Shown: in pieces, positions 56,375 to 64,000 of the stretch
How the letters are laid out: each line of letters opens with the position of its first letter
Position numbering within the stretch: position 1 is the first letter of the stretch
Source: Chloroflexales bacterium
Lineage (GTDB): Bacteria; Chloroflexota; Chloroflexia; Chloroflexales; Roseiflexaceae
DNA: 64,000 bases
Assembly: GCA_038214135.1 (NCBI GenBank)
Contig: JBBQSD010000016.1
Coordinates: 460 to 64,459 of the forward strand
Reading direction: 5' to 3'
Position numbers and translations under genes: made by a program
Notes under the pieces: generated by a model
The model's database searches: none
Told to the model about the DNA's origin: nothing
Seen by the model: only the letters and a program-made list of their open reading frames with translations

Positions 56375-57349
56375 ATGCCAATGCCATTGCTGCGCCGTCA
56401 TCTTGGTATTCTGAGCGGAGTACCATTTGCCGTATGTTATGGTGTGCTTGCACGCATCGCATTTGGCAGTGAAAACTCATCTGATTTTCTGATCGCGCCG
56501 CTCTCTGCCGTGTTTCTTGTGTTGGTGCCAATAGCAGTCGGCGCCCTAGCCGTCTGGTTGACACCAGATGATCGGCGCACGCGCTGGTGGCCAGCACTTG
56601 GCATAGCGCTGATTGCATGTGCGCTAGCAATCCTGATCACTGGCCTGTTGGCGATTGAAGCACTGATCTGTATTGCAATGGCAACACCGATCCTCCTACT
56701 TGGTGCAGCTATTGGTGGGCTGATCGCTTGTGCTATTGTACGCAAACGCACCAGGGATCGAACGACAATCATCGGGCTGTTACTAGCGCCATTTCTGTTG
56801 GCCCCCATTGAGGCGCGCATTCCGATCAGCGATTCATATGGAACTGTCGAAACGCGGATCATGATCGCTGCCGATCCAGCAACCATCTGGCGGACTCTGA
56901 TCGATGTGCCGCAGATTACACCCGAGGAACGCCGCTATAGTCTGCTGTTCGATGTTCTTGGTGTACCGCGGCCGATCAAGGCCACCCTCGATACCCCTGG
57001 GCAGGGCGGCATGCGGCGTGGCTGGTTCGAACACAATCTGACATTCGATGAGCGGATTGTGGATTGGCAGCCACAGCAGCGTATCGGTTGGGCGATCACA
57101 ATCGGCAATCAAAGCAATATCCCAGCGCCCTGGAACGAAATTGGTGGGCATAGCTTTGCGGTGACTGGCGCGAGCTACTGGATCGAACCGCTTGGCAATA
57201 ATCAAGTGCTGCTGCACCTCGATAGTACCTATCGCCTTAGCACACACTTCAATGGCTATGGTGCCAACTGGGCCAATTGGGGAATGGGCGAATTCCAGCA
57301 TGAGGTGCTGCGGATTATCAAGGCCCGTGCCGAGGCTCACATGCCATAG
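56375..57349 (+). CDS. membrane protein with C-terminal SRPBCC (START/polyketide-cyclase-like) domain
   Basis: Four N-terminal TM segments, then IMIAADPATIWRTLIDVPQI...-type SRPBCC sequence. ATG 56381 is an alternative start. Confidence 0.6.
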   Translation: MPMPLLRRHLGILSGVPFAVCYGVLARIAFGSENSSDFLIAPLSAVFLVLVPIAVGALAVWLTPDDRRTRWWPALGIALIACALAILITGLLAIEALICIAMATPILLLGAAIGGLIACAIVRKRTRDRTTIIGLLLAPFLLAPIEARIPISDSYGTVETRIMIAADPATIWRTLIDVPQITPEERRYSLLFDVLGVPRPIKATLDTPGQGGMRRGWFEHNLTFDERIVDWQPQQRIGWAITIGNQSNIPAPWNEIGGHSFAVTGASYWIEPLGNNQVLLHLDSTYRLSTHFNGYGANWANWGMGEFQHEVLRIIKARAEAHMP

Positions 57350-57689
57350 ATCATGAACAATCCTGGGTGTTACATAAAAAAATTGTAATAATAGCCAATG
57401 GTAAAACGGCTGCAATCCCAACATATCGAGTTCGCTAAAACCATTGACTTCAAGCCGATAGTAGAGCTTGTGAACGCGCAAAAGATAGATTTCTATGAAT
57501 GCGGTTTGGATTGCATAGAGATCTGTACACATCCTCATTTCCTCATCAATATCATAGATAACAGATTGTATACTAGATGCATCAAGGAAACGATACAGAA
57601 TGTATGCTCAAGCAGGCACAAGGCCCGATTTGTTTTTCTGCGTCTCAGCACATAGAATCAAGCAAAGATGCTGAATCGAATAAGCGAGG

Positions 57690-58790
57690 ATGCTCATGGA
57701 AAACGCAGATTTAAAGCTCGTCCGCACAGGTACACTCTGGAAAATAGCGCAGCTCGGCTTGTGGATCGGGCCACTTGATCTGCTTTTAATGGCAATCACT
57801 GCGCTGATGTTCCTTACCAATCAAACCGTTTTATTCTTTCATCTCATCTTTGTCACCCTAACACTTGGCGCATTTATATGGAAGCTCGGCCCATTTGTGG
57901 CGCGGGCGAGCTTTTGGGTAACAATTACAACCGGGACTGTGCTTGCAGCAGTGATGAGCAAGCGCACCCAGGGCGACGAGTTGATCGAGATCCCGTTGCT
58001 GACGGCCATATTGATCCTTGTTTTTTTGATTGCACGCCGCCGTTCGGAGGCTCAAGAGCAACTTTCAGCACTCCTGGCTGCCGAAAAAGATCACTCCAAA
58101 CGATTAGAAGATCTTGCAGTATTGAAGGCCGACTTCACCGCCATGGTTGCACACGAGCTTGGGTCGCCACTGTTTGCCATTCGTAGTTTTGCCGACATGC
58201 TGGCTTCTGGAAAGCTCAGTGCAGAGGCACAGGATGAAGTGCTGGCAACGATCAAATCGGAAGCCAATGCGATGCACGCAATCGTTATGGACATCCAAAA
58301 TGCTGCGGCTGTTGAGCGTGATGATTTTGCGATTTCTCCACGGCCTATTGCAATACAGGCATTACTTGCGGATGCTGCTGCATATGCGAAATCCCTACCC
58401 GGCAACCACACCGTGATTGTTACAAGTGCGCCGGGCATGTGTGTGATGGCTGATGGGGAACGAATTGGGCAGGTGTTGCGTAACCTGTTGAATAATGCCA
58501 CCAAATATTCGCTGCCGGATACATCTATCACCATGAATGCGCTACCTGAAGCAGGCCGAATACGGATCGAAATTGCTGATCAGGGTGTTGGCATACATCC
58601 AGATGACCTGCCGCGGATCTTCGAGAAATTCGGGCGCGGGCGCGATCTGATTGGGCATACCGTCGATGGTGCTGGCCTTGGGCTGTATCTGTCGCGTCGA
58701 ATTGTTCGAGCGCATGGGAGCAGTATGCAGGCCGAATCTGTTCCTGGGAAGGGCACTATTTTTTCATTCCAACTTGAGGCAATACGATGA
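57690..58790 (+). CDS. sensor histidine kinase (HisKA + HATPase_c)
   Basis: H-box MVAHELGSPLFAI, N-box LLNNATKYS, and G-boxes DQGVGI and GAGLGLYLS. N-terminal TM segments are present. ATG 57696 is an alternative start. Confidence 0.9.
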   Translation: MLMENADLKLVRTGTLWKIAQLGLWIGPLDLLLMAITALMFLTNQTVLFFHLIFVTLTLGAFIWKLGPFVARASFWVTITTGTVLAAVMSKRTQGDELIEIPLLTAILILVFLIARRRSEAQEQLSALLAAEKDHSKRLEDLAVLKADFTAMVAHELGSPLFAIRSFADMLASGKLSAEAQDEVLATIKSEANAMHAIVMDIQNAAAVERDDFAISPRPIAIQALLADAAAYAKSLPGNHTVIVTSAPGMCVMADGERIGQVLRNLLNNATKYSLPDTSITMNALPEAGRIRIEIADQGVGIHPDDLPRIFEKFGRGRDLIGHTVDGAGLGLYLSRRIVRAHGSSMQAESVPGKGTIFSFQLEAIR

Positions 58791-59434
58791 TTCGGGTGCT
58801 ACTGGTCGACGACCACACCGCCATTCGTCAGGCGCTGGCATTCTTGTTTGCACAAGATCAGCATTTCAATGTTGTTGGGCAGGCCGGCACATTGGCAGAA
58901 GCACGCATACTGCTCACCGATGTCGATGTTGCTATTGTTGATCTCGATCTTCCAGATGGTAATGGCGTGGATCTGATCCATGATCTGCATGCACAAAACC
59001 CCAAAGGAATGGTACTGATATTAACTGCTTCAAGTGATCGATTACACCATGCTCGCGCTGTAGAAGCAGGTGCGGCCGGTGTTATGCATAAATCGGCACA
59101 AGCCGCAGAAATTATCGATGCGACTCGCCGCTTGAGTGAGGGCGAATTTCTGCTCACTCCAACCCAGATTATAGAATTGATGCACTTGGCCGGGCAACAT
59201 CGCGAACAGAATCGTGATGCTCAAAATAGTTTTGCTCGGCTGACACCCCGCGAACGAGAGGTACTACGGGCGCTTGCCCAGGGTTTGAGTGATAAAGAAA
59301 TTGCTCAACAACTTCAGATCAGCCATGAAACACAGCGAACCCATATTGTAAATTTGCTTGGGAAACTTGGCGTCCATTCCCGCCTCGAAGCACTCGTCTT
59401 TGCGCTACGCCATGGGATTGTTACGATTAGTTAG
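58787..59434 (+). CDS. NarL/LuxR family response regulator
   Basis: REC motifs VLLVDDH and DLDLPDG, plus a LuxR HTH LTPREREVLRALAQGLSDKEIAQQL. It overlaps the kinase gene in an ATGA arrangement. Confidence 0.92.
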   Translation: MIRVLLVDDHTAIRQALAFLFAQDQHFNVVGQAGTLAEARILLTDVDVAIVDLDLPDGNGVDLIHDLHAQNPKGMVLILTASSDRLHHARAVEAGAAGVMHKSAQAAEIIDATRRLSEGEFLLTPTQIIELMHLAGQHREQNRDAQNSFARLTPREREVLRALAQGLSDKEIAQQLQISHETQRTHIVNLLGKLGVHSRLEALVFALRHGIVTIS

Positions 59435-59464
59435 TCTTCTCGTTTCTAGATAGTATTGATTGGT

Positions 59465-59490
59465 AGGCGCGTTCCGCCTCGTTTCTTTTT
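59465..59490 (+). terminator. weak terminator-like hairpin after the response regulator
   Basis: AGGCG-CGTTC-CGCCT (5 bp) is followed by CGTTTCTTTTT. Confidence 0.3.
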
Positions 59491-59511
59491 GCCTGGGTTT
59501 GTTAACCAACC

Positions 59512-59540
59512 CCATGTTCTGTTGTATGATAGTGTCCATG
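59512..59540 (+). promoter_or_regulatory. candidate promoter of the 528-aa hypothetical gene
   Basis: TTAACC, 17-nt spacer, TATGAT, 24 nt upstream of ATG 59564. Confidence 0.35.
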
Positions 59541-59563
59541 ATCAATTGACAGGGTATCGCAAC

Positions 59564-61150
59564 ATGAACGCGGATCAGCAACCAGAGTGGGCGCGCCTTC
59601 TGGCAAACAACCCGGCGGTGCTACGGCAGGGCTACCAGCGTGTGGCACTCCAGCTTAGTATGCCGCCCGAGCCAACCGATGGCATGAGCATCGCAATGCT
59701 GCTTGGTGCAATGGCCATGCTGGGGTGTCAGTCCTATCCACGAGCCTGGGTTGGTGAATCATTCCACGATCCAGCCATCCCCCCCGATCAGACGGTTGCG
59801 GAAACATGGCAGCTGTGTGTTACGCTCGCCGATCAGCTACGAGCGCGCTGTATTCGTAACCCTGTAATTGCTGCCGAGGTTGCTAATCTGCTGTTGCATT
59901 CGAATGCAATTGAGGTCGTCTTCGAGCATATCGCAAATAATGAAGCGGCGACGGTGTTGTTGCTCCAGCGATTCTATGCCGATCTCAGCAATGATGATAC
60001 GCCACTCGATCTCTACCCGCGTGAGATCTGCCGTGTACTACTGAGCATGACAACGAGTTCTAGAACCTATGCAACAACAACAAATACAAGCGCAGAAACG
60101 CAGCAAAACCAACTCTTGCTGCTATGGGCACTGCTCAAGCACCGCATTGGGCAGCCAATCCGCAGCATCTCGCAGCAACGGCGTATTGATGCGGCAGCGC
60201 CATCGTCATCTCCATTGGGCAAAGCATTCAATCTGATCGTTCAGATTCAGTTGCCTCATTCGCCATTACTCACGCCAGATGCATTCCCAATGCGGCGGCG
60301 GCCCGCTTCTGTTGTCACCGATGAGAAACGCCTCGGTCTCGATTTTCCAATTGATCCTGCATCTGGCCGGGCTGAATCTACCTATGTGGTGATCACGATT
60401 GTTGCGCCAGATTGTGATATCCTTGGTAGCGGGCACCAGCGCATAGAAGTACCAATCAACCGCAGTTCCGTTCAGGCATTGTTTTTATTACAATCCCGCA
60501 AAATCGGCCTCGCAAATATTGATGTACAGGTATTTCGTGTCGATGATGTGACCCTGTGCGCCCTGCCTGTCGATGTTGACATCGGTACAGGCATGATTGA
60601 GAGCCCAATGCAAACCGCCAGCGTTGTTGTGCATATCGGTACTGTCAATATCATTGCGGGCGATAGTGTTATGGGCGATAAGGTCGGCGATACAATCACC
60701 GTCGGCAATATCACGGATAGCAGTGGTATCGCCATTGGCACAGGCGCAAAATCCATCGACAGAGGGAGCGCATTCTCAACCATCGCGGAATCCGTTTCTG
60801 GAGACAATTTGGAACTCTATGTCCCTATGCACCTGCTTTCCTTGGAGAACATCGGCGAAGGTAGCCACCTCGATCCAGGAATTGCCGATCAGCTCAAGCA
60901 GTTGATCGAGCAGTTGAATATCGGACTGCAACGCTATGCCGATCTTGAGCCTGCCATAGTCGCCGAGATTGTTATATTGATCAAGCGTGCAGTTGTTGAG
61001 GCGACCAGGCCAGATCCAGATATTGCGGAGGTCGCCTATCATCTCGAACGTTTGAGGATTGCGGCGACCAAGAGTTGGCAGCATATTCCAAGTATGCAGC
61101 CGATCATCATCCAGCTTATTGATCACCTCCGCACAATCATAGGTCTGTAG
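59564..61150 (+). CDS. hypothetical protein (no recognised domain)
   Basis: The long ORF starts at TTG 59456 in the track. I set it to ATG 59564 (MNADQQPEW), downstream of the candidate promoter. A G/I/V/D-rich beta-like stretch lies at ~60570-60780. Confidence 0.5.
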   Translation: MNADQQPEWARLLANNPAVLRQGYQRVALQLSMPPEPTDGMSIAMLLGAMAMLGCQSYPRAWVGESFHDPAIPPDQTVAETWQLCVTLADQLRARCIRNPVIAAEVANLLLHSNAIEVVFEHIANNEAATVLLLQRFYADLSNDDTPLDLYPREICRVLLSMTTSSRTYATTTNTSAETQQNQLLLLWALLKHRIGQPIRSISQQRRIDAAAPSSSPLGKAFNLIVQIQLPHSPLLTPDAFPMRRRPASVVTDEKRLGLDFPIDPASGRAESTYVVITIVAPDCDILGSGHQRIEVPINRSSVQALFLLQSRKIGLANIDVQVFRVDDVTLCALPVDVDIGTGMIESPMQTASVVVHIGTVNIIAGDSVMGDKVGDTITVGNITDSSGIAIGTGAKSIDRGSAFSTIAESVSGDNLELYVPMHLLSLENIGEGSHLDPGIADQLKQLIEQLNIGLQRYADLEPAIVAEIVILIKRAVVEATRPDPDIAEVAYHLERLRIAATKSWQHIPSMQPIIIQLIDHLRTIIGL

Positions 61151-61438
61151 CAGTGAGAGCAGCACCTGAAGGGTTGTGGCGACGGCTCATTTTGTATGGG
61201 CGTGAGGTTACTGGCATCATACCGAATAATTGGGCTGTGCCTGCTCTGGGGTTGGTGGGTTTATACCCTAATGCGAGCAGCACAGGCCATGCGCCAACAA
61301 CTATTGCAGCATTCGGGCACTGCGGAAACTCGTGAGGGAGCAGCACTAACACACGGATGACAAAAGTACTACAGACGCCCCTATGGCCCATATGTATACT
61401 ACACCTATCAATATCCTAACGAATGGTGGTGGGCAGTT

Positions 61439-63559
61439 ATGCGAATGATGCGGCTCCTGGGTGTCTGCAGTTGCCTGCTGGCACTTCTGTCTGTACCCAC
61501 AGCGAAGGCACAGTCGACCAACACATTCTCGTGCGATCTTGCCGAGATGATGCCTGATTGGATGCGGCTGTCGCCTATCGTACGTAAGCTACAGTTCGTC
61601 CAGACTCTCACTGTACCCGGAACCGAGAACTCATTTAACGTTCGGGTTTGCTCTTCGGGTGGCCGTGATGCCCCAGCTGAGCGCATTCTCAGCCATATTG
61701 GGCAATTCCTACCAACTGTTGCACATCGTGTCGGCTTGCACTATCTTGGTTCGCGTCAATGGACGATCATGATTGTTGAGCGTAACGAGATGCCGGAAAA
61801 TATTCTTGGCCTGACGGGCACTGATATGGTATGGCTGCCTATTGATGTTGATGATTGGACGATTATTCATGAGTTGAGCCATTTCTGGGCGAACGATGAT
61901 CACTTTATTGATCCCTGGATGTCCGAGGGCTATGCTGAGTATGTGACCGAACACATTGCTATTGAACGTGGCCTGCGACGCAATGATCTGACGCCGAATA
62001 GGATCTGCCTAAGCAAGCCGCTGGTAAGCTGGAACTATAATAATGGCCAAGCAGCTCGCTGTGGTTATGATGTAGGTGCCGCGGTCTTCCGTGATCTGGC
62101 TCAAGAAATCGGCTCTGATACAATGCGCGCAGCATTAGGCAGTACCAATGGTCAGATTAATAGTACAGGGATGTTACAGTTGTTAGAGCAGGCCAGCGGG
62201 AAGGATCTGTCAGAAATCATGCAACGATGGCGGGTCTTCCCTGACGATGTGAACGCCTGGTTTGACCAACGCCGTGCTGCCCGTGCCAGCCTAGCAGAAA
62301 TCCAACAGTTGGCGAATGCACTGGGGTACCCACTTTCACCTGAATATGCGTCCCTCATACAGAATGGAGACTTTGCAGAAGCCTTGGAAGGCCTGGCCTA
62401 TATCCAACCACGGCTGAAGCAGGCCAACACCATTCGCCAGAGCTGTACAAACCTCCAGTTGGCCTGTAGACCAGTATGGCAGCAGCCAGATCTCGACCAA
62501 CTCACGAATGTACAGCAAATTTTGGATCTGTATCGCCCACTTGCGACTGACGCACAGATGCATGATCTGGCGATGCCAATGAGCCTACGCCAATCTGTTG
62601 AACTATTCGAACCAAATGTTGCTGCAGACCTTCGTATGGCAACGGAATTACTGAAACAGGGCATTGAGCTTGAGCAACTGTGTACGAACGCCCCAGCATG
62701 TCGTAACATCTGGCGCACCGATTGGTCGGCTGGGCTCTTCAATACAGTCGGCCAGAACCTCACGATGCTGCAATCGCTTGTCAATCAGGCGCTCCAAGTC
62801 GAACAAAAGTGTGCTACGGCCCGCGATGGATGCCACACAATCTGGCAGGCAGCATTGCAGGCAGGTGGCCCTAATCACATGAGAGATGTGCTGCAAGATA
62901 TTCAGGGTTTGCTGGACTCTGGGCCTGTATTGAGTGAGCGCTGCGGCCCGTTTCAGCAAAACTGCGATGCAGCCTGGCGTACCCCACTGAGCCAGGGCGA
63001 TCTACTCGCTGCCCAACAGGCATATGTGAATGTACACAATCTGCCGATAAAAGTTCGCGATCTCGAACCACGTTGCACTACCGCTGGCTGGACGTGTGAG
63101 GTTGGCTGGCGCGTGGCCTTGCAGAAAAGCGGGCTTCCGGCTGCACTTCAGGTGCTGGACAAAACCGATGCTGCGCTTGCACGGGTGCAGGTGGCGGCGG
63201 CTGGTGTGGACCGGAGCGAGCCAAATGGTTTCCTCGCATTGATTGAGCAAATAACGGGTCGATCTCCTGACTCACTCTTGAGGGATGCACACAATCACTT
63301 CAACAATGGCAATATCCAGGCCGCCGAGAGTTCGGCGAACCAGGCTCGGATGGTGCGCGAGAACACGATTTGGTGGTCTCTGGTTAGCCTGAGCATGCTC
63401 CTATTTATCGGTGTTGGTGCATTGATCACGCTGGTGATCCGCCACCCGCGCCCTATAAAGCAGATGCCTACTGCAATGGCAACATCAACGCTAGGCAGCG
63501 AGGATGAACTGCTGGCCCAATTGCTCAAACAATCTTCAGGTGACAACGTGACCAGGTGA
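61439..63559 (+). CDS. secreted, C-terminally anchored HExxH protein (peptidase MA-like) with five C-x5/6-C-x3-W repeats
   Basis: Signal peptide MRMMRLLGVCSCLLALLSVPTAKA. HELSH (61868-82) plus WMSEGYAEY (gluzincin-like third ligand). Repeats lie at aa 336-580. TM segment WWSLVSLSMLLFIGVGALITLVI. Confidence 0.6.
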   Translation: MRMMRLLGVCSCLLALLSVPTAKAQSTNTFSCDLAEMMPDWMRLSPIVRKLQFVQTLTVPGTENSFNVRVCSSGGRDAPAERILSHIGQFLPTVAHRVGLHYLGSRQWTIMIVERNEMPENILGLTGTDMVWLPIDVDDWTIIHELSHFWANDDHFIDPWMSEGYAEYVTEHIAIERGLRRNDLTPNRICLSKPLVSWNYNNGQAARCGYDVGAAVFRDLAQEIGSDTMRAALGSTNGQINSTGMLQLLEQASGKDLSEIMQRWRVFPDDVNAWFDQRRAARASLAEIQQLANALGYPLSPEYASLIQNGDFAEALEGLAYIQPRLKQANTIRQSCTNLQLACRPVWQQPDLDQLTNVQQILDLYRPLATDAQMHDLAMPMSLRQSVELFEPNVAADLRMATELLKQGIELEQLCTNAPACRNIWRTDWSAGLFNTVGQNLTMLQSLVNQALQVEQKCATARDGCHTIWQAALQAGGPNHMRDVLQDIQGLLDSGPVLSERCGPFQQNCDAAWRTPLSQGDLLAAQQAYVNVHNLPIKVRDLEPRCTTAGWTCEVGWRVALQKSGLPAALQVLDKTDAALARVQVAAAGVDRSEPNGFLALIEQITGRSPDSLLRDAHNHFNNGNIQAAESSANQARMVRENTIWWSLVSLSMLLFIGVGALITLVIRHPRPIKQMPTAMATSTLGSEDELLAQLLKQSSGDNVTR

Positions 63560-63570
63560 CAACGTGACCA
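63539..63570 (+). repeat. perfect 16-bp tandem duplication (GGTGACAACGTGACCA)x2
   Basis: The second copy is read out of frame and supplies the TGA stop (63557-59) of the 706-aa gene. Confidence 0.9.
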
Positions 63571-63588
63571 GGGTTGTGGTTGCCAATC

Positions 63589-63616
63589 GTAGAGACGCAA
63601 AATCTTGCGTCTCTAC
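63589..63616. terminator. hairpin between convergent genes (bidirectional terminator candidate)
   Basis: GTAGAGACGCAA-AATC-TTGCGTCTCTAC, a perfect 12-bp stem. It is flanked by GGTTGTGGTTG / CAACCACA. Confidence 0.6.
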
Positions 63617-63652
63617 CCCAACCACATCACCCTCCATCGCCGTGTCACCGTG

Positions 63653-63979
63653 TCAGGGTTTGCGTAAATATGTCGAATCGGCCCAACCCTCTATCGTGCC
63701 ATAGCGCACTCGCACCCACACATGCCCATCACGGATTGGCCCCTGATCAAGCAATGTTACGGATACCCCAAGTGGCATACTGATCACGATTTCGCCATCT
63801 ATGCCTGGCTCGCGGCGTAGATTCAGGACATCGGTGGTGATCAGCGTCTGTAGGCCAGCGACGGTTGGCAGTGGCGGAATGGCAGGTTCAGATGTCGCGG
63901 CAGTTGGGTTTTTTGCCCGATTCTCCGTCTGAACGAGTGCCATACCTGCCACACATGCGATGATCAGCAATAGTGCCAT
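63653..63979 (-). CDS. membrane-anchored bacterial SH3 domain protein
   Basis: TM segment MALLLIIACVAGMALV, then an SH3_3-like region VLNLRREPGIDGEIVISMPLGVSVTLL...VWVRVRYGTIEGWADSTYL. The frame stays open to the window edge, so the start (ATG 63979 or TTG 63991) is uncertain. Confidence 0.7.
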   Translation of the reverse strand: MALLLIIACVAGMALVQTENRAKNPTAATSEPAIPPLPTVAGLQTLITTDVLNLRREPGIDGEIVISMPLGVSVTLLDQGPIRDGHVWVRVRYGTIEGWADSTYLRKP

Positions 63980-64000
63980 GGTCAGCGCCAAACCAGGGTT

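Noticed and set aside
57398-57655. An 85-aa ORF in the AT-rich island.
   Set aside because: It has no SD, an atypical composition, and no recognisable motif. I kept it only as a note in the AT-rich island finding.
1-64000. Mobile genetic elements, prophage, defence islands (restriction-modification, toxin-antitoxin, CBASS-like systems, retrons), and tRNA or rRNA genes.
   Set aside because: I recognised no transposase, integrase, recombinase, reverse transcriptase, nuclease-helicase pair, cloverleaf-like tRNA motif or rRNA sequence while reading both strands. Only non-autonomous repeats are present.

Overview
This window reads as an ordinary chromosomal segment, not obviously mobile. It looks like a Chloroflexota-type genome, but that is inference only: Pro/Thr-rich linkers, a Hanks kinase, and REP-like palindromes that translate to GRFANRPY-type pseudo-peptides. 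I count about 50 protein genes. I recognised no rRNA, tRNA, CRISPR array, transposase, integrase or phage gene by eye.

The centre of the window is a ~12.6-kb minus-strand branched-chain amino-acid supraoperon, ilvB-ilvN-ilvC-leuA-pheA-cimA-ilvE-leuC-leuD-leuB (28528 down to 16001). It is preceded by a near-consensus promoter, a 22-codon Leu/Val/Ile-rich leader ORF and a terminator hairpin, which is the classical attenuator layout.

A second, plus-strand attenuator lies in front of aroH (chorismate mutase) and a type I-beta DAHP synthase. Its leader ORF contains W-Y-G-Y-F-Y-F. It sits directly downstream of an orphan REC-ANTAR response regulator.

Other content:
- comM, pckG, a DUF4127/FAD-oxidoreductase pair, an MFS transporter, an SDR and a diguanylate cyclase.
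- A sortase, a beta-helix protein and a large PPC-domain secreted protein.
- A co-directional cluster of three different carboxylate-amine ligases (GCS2/YbdK plus two ATP-grasp types) with two alpha/beta hydrolases.
- An acyl-CoA dehydrogenase.
- An SPFH-like protein, a small membrane protein, a membrane-anchored P-loop NTPase and a Hanks kinase.
- A DUF3524 (GTDC1-like) glycosyltransferase, a clan GH-A hydrolase and an SRPBCC protein.
- A HisKA/LuxR two-component pair.
- Two large hypothetical proteins; one is an HExxH (peptidase-MA-like) protein with five C-x5/6-C-x3-W repeats.

The non-coding DNA is unusually rich in structured repeats:
- STRR-like heptamer runs (CAGGAGT/ACTCCTG) arranged as inverted arms.
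- A ~90-bp double-hairpin element in three copies that supplies the 3' ends of two CDSs.
- GGGCGGTTCGCGAACCGCCC-type palindromes, including a four-copy array.
- A ~210-nt GC-rich leader element shared by two unrelated operons.

Several ORF-track starts were shortened to internal starts supported by Shine-Dalgarno sequences and by expected protein lengths.
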